64,000 nucleotides of DNA, taken from NCBI GenBank assembly GCA_045655185.1, contig JAZOOS010000026.1:9505-73504 (forward strand), given 5' to 3'. This document shows positions 51,804 to 63,176 of this stretch, one piece after another. Position numbers and translations under genes: made by a program. Below the pieces are notes generated by a model. It was not told the origin of the DNA. It made no database searches and was given only the letters and a program-made list of their open reading frames with translations. How positions within the stretch are numbered: the first letter of the stretch is position 1; each line of letters starts with the position of its first letter. Source of the stretch: Eubacteriales bacterium (GTDB lineage: Bacteria; Bacillota; Clostridia; Oscillospirales; CAG-272).

Positions 51804-52792
51804 GCTTCCTCCCCCTTTCTCAGCGGATGATGGCAGCGAACACGCCGCCCCGGCTCAATCTCACGAAGCGGGGGCATCTTTTCGCGGCATTCGTCGGTCG
51901 CGTACGGGCAGCGCGGGTGGAAATAGCAGCCCTTCGGCTTGAACATGGGGTGCGGAACCGAATCGGGGATCTGGATAAACTCGTGATGATCGTCCGAAAG
52001 CTTCGGAATGGCACCTAAAAGCCCCTCGGTATACGGGTGATAGGGCTTCTTAAAGAGGTCGTAGGCAGGCGAGGATTCAACGATCTTGCCCGCGTACATA
52101 ACGTAGATGCGATCGGCCATATTGGCAACGATGCTAAGGTCGTGCGTGATAAGCAGAAGCGAGGTGCCGTGCTTCTTCTGCATATCGGAAAGCACGTCAA
52201 GCACCTGCGCTTGAATGGTAACGTCAAGCGCCGTGGTCGGCTCGTCCGCGATGATTAAGTGCGGCTGGCAGGCAAAGGCCATGGCGATGAGAACGCGCTG
52301 GCGCATACCGCCCGAAAGCTGGTGCGGGAAATCCCGGTATCGCTGCTCGGGAGAGGGAACGCCAACCAGCGAAAGGGCCTTGATGGTATGCTCCTTCGCT
52401 TGCTTACGGGTCAGCTTCTGGTGGCGGATAAAGACCTCGTCGATCTGCTTACCGACCGTCATAACCGGATTTAAGGCGGTCATGGCGTCCTGGAAGATCA
52501 TCGACATACGGCTTCCGCGGATCGCTTGCATCTTCTTTTCGGGCAGATCCTTTAATTCCTCGCCCTCCAGCTTCAATTCGTCAACCGAGATAAGGGCCGG
52601 GGGGGAACTCAGCAGCTTCATGATCGACAAAGAGGTCATGCTCTTTCCGCAGCCCGATTCACCGACGAGCGCGACGCACTCGCCCTCGTTGATATCGAGG
52701 TCAACGCCCTCGACCGCGCGGATGATGCCCATCTCGTTGGGGAAGATGACCTTAAGATTGCGCAGCTTCAGTACATTCTTCGCGTTGTCCAT
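51800..52792 (-). CDS. oligopeptide/dipeptide ABC transporter ATP-binding protein (OppD/DppD-like)
   Basis: 330 aa. GESGCGKS, LSGGMRQR, LIIADEPTTALD, and ...KGCYFHPRCPYA. Confidence 0.85.
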   Translation of the reverse strand: MDNAKNVLKLRNLKVIFPNEMGIIRAVEGVDLDINEGECVALVGESGCGKSMTSLSIMKLLSSPPALISVDELKLEGEELKDLPEKKMQAIRGSRMSMIFQDAMTALNPVMTVGKQIDEVFIRHQKLTRKQAKEHTIKALSLVGVPSPEQRYRDFPHQLSGGMRQRVLIAMAFACQPHLIIADEPTTALDVTIQAQVLDVLSDMQKKHGTSLLLITHDLSIVANMADRIYVMYAGKIVESSPAYDLFKKPYHPYTEGLLGAIPKLSDDHHEFIQIPDSVPHPMFKPKGCYFHPRCPYATDECREKMPPLREIEPGRRVRCHHPLRKGEEA

Positions 52793-53960
52793 GGCACTCT
52801 TCCTCCCCTTCGCTGTTTTCGTCCATCGAATCGAATACCTCTTGGATATAGGTTCCGTTCAGATGCTTAAAGATCTTATAAACGCTGCTCGTTTGCTTCA
52901 TCTTCGGGTTAAAGACCTCTTCCATCGCCACGCCGATACGCATAAAGGCGAAGACCGCGAGGAAGATACCGATACCGGGGGCGATGATCCACCACCAGTG
53001 ACCGAAGAGCATGGCGCCGCCGCTTTGTACCTCGGCAAGCATTTTGCCCCAGCTGATCGCGGTGGGGTCACCAAGCCCTAAGAAGCTGAGCCCTGCCTCG
53101 GCAACCATGATGCCGGCGCTCGTAAGAGCGGTCGACATAATAAGCAGGTTGGAAACACCGGGCAGAATATGCTTCATCATAATATGCATACGGGAAGCCC
53201 CCGCAAGCTCGGCCGCCTTGACGTAGTTGCTGTTTTTGAGAACCAACGTCTGCGAGCGAATGACACGGGAAAGCCCCTGCCAGCCGAAAATGGTGAAGAT
53301 AAAGATGATCATGCCGTAGCTCTTACCGAAAAGGTTGGTAAGAACGATGGTAAGCGGCAGAGTCGGGATAACCAGCATAACGTCAACCACACGCATGATC
53401 GCGGTATCGACCCATCCGCCGACGTACCCCGAAAGGATCCCCATAAAGGCGCCGAGGAAGCAGGTAAGGATACCGGTCACCACGCCGATCGAAAGCGAAA
53501 CGCGCGAGCCGTAGACCAGCATACTGAAAATATCCTGCCCCGTCGAGATGGTGGTGCCGAGGGGATGCTCCCAGCTCGGGGAAAGGCCCTTTTCGCTGCG
53601 CTCTGTAACGTCATACGGGTCAAAGGGCGCGATAAGCGGCGCAAAGACCGCCATAATGACGAGCAGCGCAAGCAGGATCAGCCCCACGCGGCCCTTCGGG
53701 CGGCGCCAGAGCTTAACGATAAATTTCCCGGTCCCGATGCCGGCCGCCTTCAAGCGGTGCCAGAAGCCGATCCCAAAGGCTTTTAACGCCGAGGGGGTGG
53801 CCTTGACGATGCGAACCGCCGTCGGGGGGACCGCACGGAAGAAGCGAACGATTGCCGAGGGGGTCGCCTTGCAAACGGCAAGGAACCCATGGGCGAATTT
53901 CTTGCAGAAGCAAGAAGCTTTGCCGAAGAAGGACTTAAGTGCAGGTACGATCTTATTCAT
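52752..53960 (-). CDS. ABC transporter permease (OppC/DppC-like) with N-terminal extension
   Basis: 402 aa. A BPD_transp_1-type core preceded by about 100 aa containing the repeated ATPSA(I/L) motif. The 3' end overlaps the next gene by 41 nt. Confidence 0.75.
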   Translation of the reverse strand: MNKIVPALKSFFGKASCFCKKFAHGFLAVCKATPSAIVRFFRAVPPTAVRIVKATPSALKAFGIGFWHRLKAAGIGTGKFIVKLWRRPKGRVGLILLALLVIMAVFAPLIAPFDPYDVTERSEKGLSPSWEHPLGTTISTGQDIFSMLVYGSRVSLSIGVVTGILTCFLGAFMGILSGYVGGWVDTAIMRVVDVMLVIPTLPLTIVLTNLFGKSYGMIIFIFTIFGWQGLSRVIRSQTLVLKNSNYVKAAELAGASRMHIMMKHILPGVSNLLIMSTALTSAGIMVAEAGLSFLGLGDPTAISWGKMLAEVQSGGAMLFGHWWWIIAPGIGIFLAVFAFMRIGVAMEEVFNPKMKQTSSVYKIFKHLNGTYIQEVFDSMDENSEGEEECHGQREECTEAAQS

Positions 53961-54961
53961 TATCTGCGTCCTCCTTTCGCCGCGGCACGCGGGTCAATGA
54001 GACAGTAGCAAAGGTCGGTGATAAGGTTGGCGACCAGGGCAAAGGTCGAAAGGAAGAGCATAATACCCATCATCAGCGGGTAGTCGTTGCTGTTGTTCGC
54101 CTCAAGGAAAAGCGTGCCCATACCGTTCCAGTTAAAGATCTGCTCGATAACGACGGCGCCGCCAATCAGACCGCTGATGCTCATACCGAGGTTGGTAACG
54201 ATCGGCAGAATGGCGTTTCGGAGCGTGTGCTTATAAAGAACCGTGCTTGTAGAAAGACCCTTCGAGCGGGCGGTCAGGATAAAGTCCTCACCCGATACGG
54301 CGATCACGCTGTTACGGGTGGACTGGGCATAACCGACGATCGAGCCGATCGACATACTGAAGATCGGCAGGGCGGCGTTGTAGAACACCCGCTTGATCGC
54401 TTCCCACGACCAATCGAACCCGGCGACCATGTTGGGGTCGGTATAGGCGGGGAACCATTCCCATTCAAAGCCCATGTAGAGAATAAAGATCAGGGCGATG
54501 AAGAAGGCGGGAAGGGCGGTCGTAAAGGTCGAAGCGTTCATTAAGACGAGGTCGGGCCAGCGCCCCCTTCGCCAAGCGGCAAAGGCGCCGAAGAGCACGC
54601 CGAAGAGCACGCCGATCAGCATCGTGCTGACCGAAAGGACCAGCGTCCACGGAATGCGCTCAAAGATGAGGTCGATAACCTTCGGCGAGCCCGATTTGAA
54701 CGAGGTCCCGAGGTCACCGTGGAAAAGGTCGTTTACGTAGTTTAAGTACTGCTGTCCGGTCGAAACGTCAAAGCCGTACTGCTTGCGCGTTAAGGCCTTG
54801 ACCGCCTCGTAAGCGTCATCGTCCATGTTGCCCTGGGGCGGATAATAGCGCTCGGCCGGGTCGTCTACCCCGATACGGGGAATAAAGAAATTGAGGGTCA
54901 GAACGACAAAGAAAATGATGATCGTATAAAAAATACGACGAAAAACGTATCCTTTTGACAT
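53960..54961 (-). CDS. ABC transporter permease (OppB/DppB-like)
   Basis: 333 aa. MSKGYVFRRIFYTIIIFFVVLTLNFFIPR is a typical OppB start. Contains the EAA-like loop ARSKGLS. Confidence 0.85.
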   Translation of the reverse strand: MSKGYVFRRIFYTIIIFFVVLTLNFFIPRIGVDDPAERYYPPQGNMDDDAYEAVKALTRKQYGFDVSTGQQYLNYVNDLFHGDLGTSFKSGSPKVIDLIFERIPWTLVLSVSTMLIGVLFGVLFGAFAAWRRGRWPDLVLMNASTFTTALPAFFIALIFILYMGFEWEWFPAYTDPNMVAGFDWSWEAIKRVFYNAALPIFSMSIGSIVGYAQSTRNSVIAVSGEDFILTARSKGLSTSTVLYKHTLRNAILPIVTNLGMSISGLIGGAVVIEQIFNWNGMGTLFLEANNSNDYPLMMGIMLFLSTFALVANLITDLCYCLIDPRAAAKGGRR

Positions 54962-54970
54962 AATGCCCCC

Positions 54971-56830
54971 TTACTGAACTCTTTGAAGGTTCTGCAGCGA
55001 CTCGGTGCTGAAGCAGGTGCCGCCCGTCGGGGCGATCCAGCCCGTATAACGGTCACTGCGCGCGACCGATACGATCTGCGAGCAATAAAGCGGGATCTTA
55101 TAATACTGCTCGGCGATCTCTACCTGAAGCTCCTTCAAAAGCTCGTATTTCGTGTTGCGGTTGATGGTGGTTCTCATCTCGTCGATCTTTTCCTTCATTT
55201 CCGCATCCTGCAGGCGGCCGTAGTTCGAGGATTTTCCGAGGTTGACGAAGTGCGAATTCATCATGATATCGGCCGTCGAGGCGGTAAAGGATACGCCCTG
55301 CAGCGTCATATCGAATTTACCCGAATAGAGGTAGGTGTTCTCGGGCGTGCTTCCTTTCGGGGCGTATTTGACCTCCACCCCGATCTTTTGCAGCTGAACC
55401 TGCAAGAAGCTGATCAGATCCTGCTCACCGGGCGAGCCAAGGATCTCGTAGCAAACGCGCTCCCCCTCGTAAAGGCGGTAGCCGTCCTTGTCCTTCTCGG
55501 GGCAGATCTCGTCAAGCAGGCGGTTGGCTTCGGCGACCCTGGCGGCATAATCGTTTCCGAGGATATTGTGCGCCAAGGGATTGTAGATTTCGGTTTGGGA
55601 CGAAGAAACCAGACCCATGCTAAAGGTCGTGGCGGCGCCCCCCTGTACGCTTTCTATCAGGTTTTCCTGGTTGATGGCAAGGGCGATCGCCTTTCGGAAA
55701 TTCGGATTCTTAAAAAGGGCGCGAAGCGGGGTGGTTTGCTCGGTCGTCGGGTTGAGGTTGAGGACCAGCGTTTCGGCGTAGGTGCCGCCCGAGCGCAGGG
55801 TCACAATATCCTCTTCCTTTTCGAAGAGAGGGCTGTAGTTTGGGTTGACCGAGGAATCCAAAACGTCGATATAGCCGTTTAAGATCGAGAAGATCGCCAC
55901 GTTCTGCTCTTGATACAGAATGAATTTCAGCTTGTCTACCTTGTAAAGATAGTCGTCGCCGTCTTTAAGGTGGTAGTCCTCGCGGCGGTCAAGCACGATG
56001 ACCTGCGCGTTCGAGTGCGCGGTATCTAAGGTAAAGGGGCCGCAGCCGACGGGATTCATATAAAGGCTTTTCAGCTCGGGGCTCGGGTCGGTGCTGTTGA
56101 CCGGCATATCGGGGCCGATGACCGGGGCGTACAGATGCTCGGGCAGGATCAGAACCGTGGTAAAGAGCGAGGTAATGGCACCGAGTACCTTTTTGGTATG
56201 TAAGTAAATGACCGTATCCTCTTCGCCCTCGGCAAACGTATACTTGTTGCCGGGGTTATGGGCGGCGGTATACAGACCGTTTTTCGTACGTGTGCCCGCC
56301 GTATACTCGTGGTTGAGGTCGGCGACCCACGCCAAAGCGCCCGCGTGGTTCGAGCGCGAGTTATCGGCGCACAGGTCGAAGGAGAAGTAAACGTCCTCTA
56401 CCGTTACGGGCGTGCCGTCACTCCAGGTCGCGTTATCGTAGAGGGTGACCTTCACGGGGATATAAGCGCCTTTGCTGCCGTAATGGTATTCAAGCGCGTC
56501 ATAGTCGACCTTTCCGTCTTCGGTCACAAGAGGCGTGCCGTCGGGCGCGATGTAGCACCATTCCTTGGCAAGGTTCGGCAAAAACTCACCCGTCGTATCG
56601 TCCTGCTGGAAAAGCGTGCTGTAAATCATGCTGGAAATGGTGGGGGCAATACCGTCACGCGATTGCCAGGGCATGTAGGACGAGGGGAAAGAGGTCCCCA
56701 CGTGCCCGATATACAGCGTGTCGCTCGTATCGTTCATTCTTTCCTTGCTTGCGCCGCCGCAGCTGCAAAAAAGCGGAACCAGCATCGTAAGCAAGCACAG
56801 GAACGCGAGAATTCTTTTAAAGCTTCGCAT
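54971..56830 (-). CDS. ABC transporter substrate-binding lipoprotein (family 5, peptide/nickel type)
   Basis: 619 aa. Lipobox LFCSC|GG. Size and position are typical of OppA/DppA-like SBPs. Confidence 0.75.
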   Translation of the reverse strand: MRSFKRILAFLCLLTMLVPLFCSCGGASKERMNDTSDTLYIGHVGTSFPSSYMPWQSRDGIAPTISSMIYSTLFQQDDTTGEFLPNLAKEWCYIAPDGTPLVTEDGKVDYDALEYHYGSKGAYIPVKVTLYDNATWSDGTPVTVEDVYFSFDLCADNSRSNHAGALAWVADLNHEYTAGTRTKNGLYTAAHNPGNKYTFAEGEEDTVIYLHTKKVLGAITSLFTTVLILPEHLYAPVIGPDMPVNSTDPSPELKSLYMNPVGCGPFTLDTAHSNAQVIVLDRREDYHLKDGDDYLYKVDKLKFILYQEQNVAIFSILNGYIDVLDSSVNPNYSPLFEKEEDIVTLRSGGTYAETLVLNLNPTTEQTTPLRALFKNPNFRKAIALAINQENLIESVQGGAATTFSMGLVSSSQTEIYNPLAHNILGNDYAARVAEANRLLDEICPEKDKDGYRLYEGERVCYEILGSPGEQDLISFLQVQLQKIGVEVKYAPKGSTPENTYLYSGKFDMTLQGVSFTASTADIMMNSHFVNLGKSSNYGRLQDAEMKEKIDEMRTTINRNTKYELLKELQVEIAEQYYKIPLYCSQIVSVARSDRYTGWIAPTGGTCFSTESLQNLQRVQ

Positions 56831-56909
56831 AATAACTCCGTTTTTTGAAAATTCGGTAAGAACGCAAAAAGACCGTAGAATAGACCACGGTCAGTTTGCG
56901 TTTATACAA

Positions 56910-57569
56910 TTAACCGATGGGGGGGAACTGCATCTTGGCGCCGAAGCCTTCCTTCGTCGCGCTGTTGTCGTACACCTCTTCGATGCGGAAAACGTAAGCG
57001 GGATAGCTGAGCCAACGGTTCATATCCGGGCTGTGGTATACGTCGTGCTGCGCGTTGATGAACTGCTGATAGATCTCACGCTTGCCGGTATCGTTCTCAT
57101 CGTGGATCTCCATCTGGCCGCGAAGCTCGTAGGAGATCATCGGGGGCTGATAGAAGAGGATGGTAGCCTGGGGGTTAGCCTTGTAGTTGATGTAGCTGTG
57201 ATCCTTCGCCATTTCCAGCGAGCCGATGCAGCTAAAGTCTACGCGGTGCTGCGCCTCGGGACCGTACATGTACTTGACAAGCAGGCCAAGACCGCGCTTG
57301 GAGTACTCTTTATCCTCGGGATCGTAGGTCTTGATATGCTCAATGTAGGCTTCCAGCGTTTCTTCCAAATATTCGGGCTTGGGCATAAAGCCGATGCCCT
57401 TGATGCTGGCGTTAAGACCGGCAGGGCCGTAGGAAACGAGGGCCGGGTCGTGCGAGCAGAAGCTTAAAAAGACCTTCTCCTTGCTCATTTCCACGCCGTT
57501 ATAGATGTTCATAACGGTTTGGGCGCGGGTGCGGAATGCCCAGTTAAAAAAGATTTCTGCAGATTTCAT
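56910..57569 (-). CDS. hypothetical protein
   Basis: 219 aa, soluble, no motif I recognise. Has its own terminator (GACCGT...ACGGTC+TTTTT on the minus strand at about 56860-56890). Confidence 0.5.
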   Translation of the reverse strand: MKSAEIFFNWAFRTRAQTVMNIYNGVEMSKEKVFLSFCSHDPALVSYGPAGLNASIKGIGFMPKPEYLEETLEAYIEHIKTYDPEDKEYSKRGLGLLVKYMYGPEAQHRVDFSCIGSLEMAKDHSYINYKANPQATILFYQPPMISYELRGQMEIHDENDTGKREIYQQFINAQHDVYHSPDMNRWLSYPAYVFRIEEVYDNSATKEGFGAKMQFPPIG

Positions 57570-57725
57570 AATATGTCTCCTTTACTTACACGGTTCTGGC
57601 CGTATTTTTTCCTATTATATCATACGAAAGGCCCCCATGTCAACCGAAAAATCGATATTTCTTTTCTTTCCAACCGCTTTACCCCACAAAAGCGAAAAAA
57701 CTTTTGTTTAATAAAGCAAATCCCC

Positions 57726-57754
57726 TTGACAAGCGCAAAGGTTATCTGTATAAT
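57726..57754 (+). promoter_or_regulatory. sigma-A type promoter
   Basis: TTGACA (57726-57731), 17 nt, TATAAT (57749-57754). Confidence 0.6.
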
Positions 57755-57802
57755 AAGGATTAAGCACAAGCTTTTTAAAAAACTATACTTTTGGAGGTAA
57801 TT

Positions 57803-59266
57803 ATGAAAAGAATTGCTGCACTTCTTTTGACTGTTCTGATGTGCTTGTCCTGCATGCTCGTCAGCTGCGGTCCCACCGATCCCACCGATACCACAACCGA
57901 GGATCCCGTAACCACCACCGCGACGCCTGCCAATCCCGCGATCGCGGCGATCGCCGGCGACTACCTGCTTGACGCCAAGCCCTTTGGCATGGCCATGTCT
58001 TGGTACGTTTGTATCGGCGCTGACGAGACCTTTAAGATCTCGACCAAGCGCGATTTCTCGGTGGATAAGGGCCACGGCGTTGTAACCGAAAGCAACGGCA
58101 CCTTCGTTTTCGTTTATTCCCACGGCACGACGACTGAGCCGATCACCGCCACCTTCACGGTAGCAGACGGTAACCTCGTCTTCTCGACCGCCGTTCCCGT
58201 CGGCGCCGCCACCGTCTCTTCCAGCGAGGCGGAGAATCCCGTGACCGCTTACACCCTTGCGAACGAAGAGGTCCTCGGCGAGTACGTCGGCACCTATGAA
58301 AAGCAAAGCATGATGGGTACGACCCTTTACGAGTACTCCATCGTTCTTGCGGCGGGCAGAAAGTACACCTTCACCAGCTCCTTCACGATGGGTGGTACCA
58401 CCTACACGCTGGTCGAGACCGGTTCCTTCGCGATCGACGGCACCACCTTCACCATCACCCCCAAGACTATGGATAAGGGCATGGGTGCGGGCGTTGAGGC
58501 TGTCACGGTCGATCCCGTCGCCGGTACGCTTGAAAACGGCGTGATCACCGCTGCCTTCCAGCACTCCGCCATGGCCTCCTCGCGTGTAGAATGCACCGCC
58601 CAGAAGACCACCACCGCTGAGGTTGCGGGTATTTATCAAGCGCAGAAGACCGTAATGGCCGGCCCGATGGGTGCTATGAACACGATGGTTGGCTTGAAGC
58701 TTGACAAGTTCGGCGGATATCAATACGTGTGCATGAGCTCCGGCGCTATGGGCAACGGCGCTTACGGCGAACAGGGCACCTTTACCTTCACCGCTACCGA
58801 GATCGTTCTCACCAAGACCCATGACCTCAATCCTGAAAACGGCGAAGTAACGCCCGTTACCGGCGAAGTAACGCCCATCACCATCACCCGCGGCGCTCTT
58901 TCGGTCAGCGGCTCCTTCCCCACCGCAGGCGCTGCAACCTCGGCTACGCTGTATCATGAATCGATCATGGGTCCCTTCGCGGCTTCGCTTACGGCTGAAG
59001 AGGCTACCGACGGCGTTGCCAGAACCGCTCAGCTCGTTCTGGATGCTGACGGAACCTTCGAGATCCTGATCAAGGTCGATGACGAAGTCGTTCACACCGT
59101 AGAAGGCAGCTTCACGGTTACCAAGGGCATGGGCGTTCAGCTCAACCTCACCCTTGCCGATGAAAGCGCCACGCTCGTCGGTATGGTTGCCGACGGCATG
59201 ATCAACGTCACCGGCGTTCCGGTAGACGGAAACGGCACCGAGATCAGCTTCGGCTTTGCCAGATAA
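57803..59266 (+). CDS. hypothetical Thr/Gly-rich lipoprotein
   Basis: ORF 57791..59266. Start MKRIAALLLTVLMCLSCMLVSC|GPTDP (lipobox) after GGAGG. Confidence 0.65.
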   Translation: MKRIAALLLTVLMCLSCMLVSCGPTDPTDTTTEDPVTTTATPANPAIAAIAGDYLLDAKPFGMAMSWYVCIGADETFKISTKRDFSVDKGHGVVTESNGTFVFVYSHGTTTEPITATFTVADGNLVFSTAVPVGAATVSSSEAENPVTAYTLANEEVLGEYVGTYEKQSMMGTTLYEYSIVLAAGRKYTFTSSFTMGGTTYTLVETGSFAIDGTTFTITPKTMDKGMGAGVEAVTVDPVAGTLENGVITAAFQHSAMASSRVECTAQKTTTAEVAGIYQAQKTVMAGPMGAMNTMVGLKLDKFGGYQYVCMSSGAMGNGAYGEQGTFTFTATEIVLTKTHDLNPENGEVTPVTGEVTPITITRGALSVSGSFPTAGAATSATLYHESIMGPFAASLTAEEATDGVARTAQLVLDADGTFEILIKVDDEVVHTVEGSFTVTKGMGVQLNLTLADESATLVGMVADGMINVTGVPVDGNGTEISFGFAR

Positions 59267-59284
59267 TCCATAAACGGTATAAGG

Positions 59285-59313
59285 AAAAAAGGCGAGAAAA
59301 TCTCGCCTTTTTT
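59285..59313 (+). terminator. intrinsic terminator
   Basis: AAAAAAGGCGAGA-AAA-TCTCGCC-TTTTTT. Confidence 0.7.
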
Positions 59314-59339
59314 CCTATAAGCCTTATAAAATCAAATAT

Positions 59340-59627
59340 ACGGCAGGGGGCATAAGATATACTTGCTGTGCAAGCATGATAGAATATCCGTTCCTTATAT
59401 GCCCGCGATATCATAGCGAAGCTATATACCCGTTCCGCTCGGAGCATTGGATATCATCCGTCCGAAAGCGAGATGTACTCGTTTTCGGGCGAGTATCTCA
59501 TCAAGCCGCAGGGAAAATACACGCGGAAGCGTGATGATATGCCCCGCACTTCGCGCGGTGATGTAAGGAGCGGAGCGACGGAATAGCGAGCCTGCGAGCG
59601 TCTATACCAAGCCTGCGGCTTGGATAA
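59340..59627. repeat. comb array, word ATATCATC-like (left) / GATGATAT (right)
   Basis: CTTGC-TGT-GCAAG, ...GGATATCATCC, ACTCG-TTTTCGGG-CGAGT+ATCTCATC, CACGC-GGAA-GCGTG+ATGATATG, ...CCAAGCC-TGC-GGCTTGG+ATAAAAAAA. Confidence 0.75.
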
Positions 59628-59670
59628 AAAAATTCGACAAGACGACGCTCGTCGTTCGGAAGGACAGTTT

Positions 59671-59720
59671 TGCAAGAATACGGTATATTTCGCAAGAGAT
59701 ATGCCGTATTCTTGCTTTTT
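59671..59720. terminator. long hairpin terminator at the element edge
   Basis: GCAAGAATACGGTATAT-TTCGCAAGAG-ATATGCCGTATTCTTGC + TTTTTT, abutting the recombinase stop. Confidence 0.6.
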
Positions 59721-59726
59721 TAGTTT

Positions 59727-61436
<1,710 letters not shown>

Positions 61437-61472
61437 TTATTATACAATGCCCGGCGTATCCTTGCAATTCTG

Positions 61473-61769
61473 TCATAGTAAGTCGTCGGTCAGCTTTTGG
61501 GATAGTATCAGATCCCGAAACTGCGAAAGCAGAGTGCTTTTGCCTTCTTCGGCAAAATGGGTATTGACAACATAATCCACCGTGCCGATGCGCTTGGTGA
61601 AATTGAGTGCCGTAGGATAAGCAACAACGCGCAAATCACGATTGCCATTCGTATAAGGTCTTGAATGCGGAATGTGGTCATCTAAAATGATAGGCTCATC
61701 AATATTGATGGGTTCACGGATGATAACACCGCGAACGTCGGGCATTTCTATTTTCTTTATCATAGGCAC
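61473..61769 (-). CDS. hypothetical protein with TnpW-like C-terminus
   Basis: 98 aa. FTKRIGTVDYVVNTHFAEEGKSTLLSQFRDLIL resembles transposon-encoded TnpW proteins of clostridial conjugative transposons (from memory). Confidence 0.45.
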   Translation of the reverse strand: MPMIKKIEMPDVRGVIIREPINIDEPIILDDHIPHSRPYTNGNRDLRVVAYPTALNFTKRIGTVDYVVNTHFAEEGKSTLLSQFRDLILSQKLTDDLL

Positions 61770-61776
61770 TCTCCTT

Positions 61777-62664
61777 TCATCTGCTCTCGCGTTCGCTGCG
61801 CTTCTTTATCTGTCGGATACGTTCTTGCTCCAACAAGCGCAGTATGGTGGCTTCTATCTGCGATACGGGAACACCGCGCCCGAAATATTTATCGAGCTTT
61901 TCTCTCTGTATCTTGACCGTTTCCTTTTGGTTCGGCTTTTCCTCGGTCATAATATCAAAGATGGTGTCCATATCGAGTTTCCCGTCTTGGCTGAGCCGCT
62001 TCATACGAATAGCTTGGCTGAGGGATGGTGTAGCATCCTCGCTTTCAATCGTAGTCAGCAAATCGTATTGCTCTTGCTCCCGTAAATGCGAAAGCTCCAC
62101 GGCAGGACGGAAGGCAATGCGCCCTTCATCCACCATATCAAGCAATTCGGGAATAAGGAGATTAAGACGGATATAACGGAACACTTGGTCACGGCTCTCT
62201 CCCGCCGCACTTCCGATCTCTGCCGCACTATCGATTGCCGACTTTGTTGCCATTGGCGACAAAGTAAGGTCAGTGCGCTCTCCTTGTCTTTTCATCGCGT
62301 CCATCTTCATCTTGTAAGCCTTGGCTTTCTCGCTCGGAAGAATATGCTCACGGTGAAGGTTGGAGTCCACCATTTCAAGAATGGCATCCTCGCGGCTAAG
62401 CTCCTTGACGATGGTGGGGATTGCTTTGATGCCGAGCTTCTGACACGCAAACAAGCGGCGGTGTCCCGATACGATCTCATACTCGCCGTTAGTTAACGGT
62501 CGTACTGTGATGGGCGTGAGTATGCCTTGGTTATAGATGCTATCCACAAGGCTTGCCATTTCCTCGTTGTCAACCACTTTGTAGGGATGCTCCTCAAAGG
62601 AACGGAGCACGGTAACGGGCAAATCAATTACTGTAATTTTCTCTCTGCTCTTGGTTTCTGTCAT
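61777..62664 (-). CDS. ParB/Srx N-terminal domain protein
   Basis: 295 aa. GILTPITVRPLTNGEYEIVSGHRRLFACQKLG (ParB box II-like). Confidence 0.75.
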   Translation of the reverse strand: MTETKSREKITVIDLPVTVLRSFEEHPYKVVDNEEMASLVDSIYNQGILTPITVRPLTNGEYEIVSGHRRLFACQKLGIKAIPTIVKELSREDAILEMVDSNLHREHILPSEKAKAYKMKMDAMKRQGERTDLTLSPMATKSAIDSAAEIGSAAGESRDQVFRYIRLNLLIPELLDMVDEGRIAFRPAVELSHLREQEQYDLLTTIESEDATPSLSQAIRMKRLSQDGKLDMDTIFDIMTEEKPNQKETVKIQREKLDKYFGRGVPVSQIEATILRLLEQERIRQIKKRSERESR

Positions 62665-62954
62665 TCAATATCCTCCTTGTTGTTAATCTCGTTCATCTTG
62701 GCTCTTGCCATTGCCTTACGTTCCTCGGTGTAGGGATCGGTGATGCGGCAAGCGAACCTTTTCTTGTCAATCTCAAACGAAAGGTATCCAAGCTCGTCAT
62801 CGTCGGTCAGCCTGCAAAGTGTCGGGAACTTCTCGGCAAAGGCAAGCAACCGTTTCTTTAGTGCGGTGTTGTGTGTCCGTATTACTACGGGCGCGGGTGT
62901 TTCATCAAAATAGATTTCGGTTGTTTTTTCATTCTTTTTCTTATTTGTTATCAT
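62661..62954 (-). CDS. hypothetical protein
   Basis: 97 aa. Overlaps the ParB-like gene start by 4 nt (operonic). Confidence 0.5.
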   Translation of the reverse strand: MITNKKKNEKTTEIYFDETPAPVVIRTHNTALKKRLLAFAEKFPTLCRLTDDDELGYLSFEIDKKRFACRITDPYTEERKAMARAKMNEINNKEDIE

Positions 62955-63176
62955 AAAGTCCTCCTAATTTGGGTTGTTTTTTGAAGCAAGGTGTTTTTCA
63001 GTCAAAAAAGCTCGGTCAAAAGCGTGGAAAAATGCGGATTTTTCAATAGAAAACGCCTTTATGGTGTGGGATACGTTTTGCGGTGCTAAAAACGGGAAAA
63101 TGCCGTTTTTCTTCGGTCAAGACCGTAAAACTGCTTTCGCGGGCGGTAGCAAATTTGTACGGTCAAGACCGTGCTT

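Noticed and set aside
63089-63171. A possible oriT: two copies of the palindrome CGGTCAAGACCG (63114-63125, 63160-63171) between the relaxase and the downstream operon.
   Set aside because: They lie downstream of the relaxase gene next to its probable terminator (AAAACGG...CCGTTTT, 63089-63110). I recognise no nic-site consensus. They could equally be an operator for the 62954 operon, and this cannot be supported from sequence alone.
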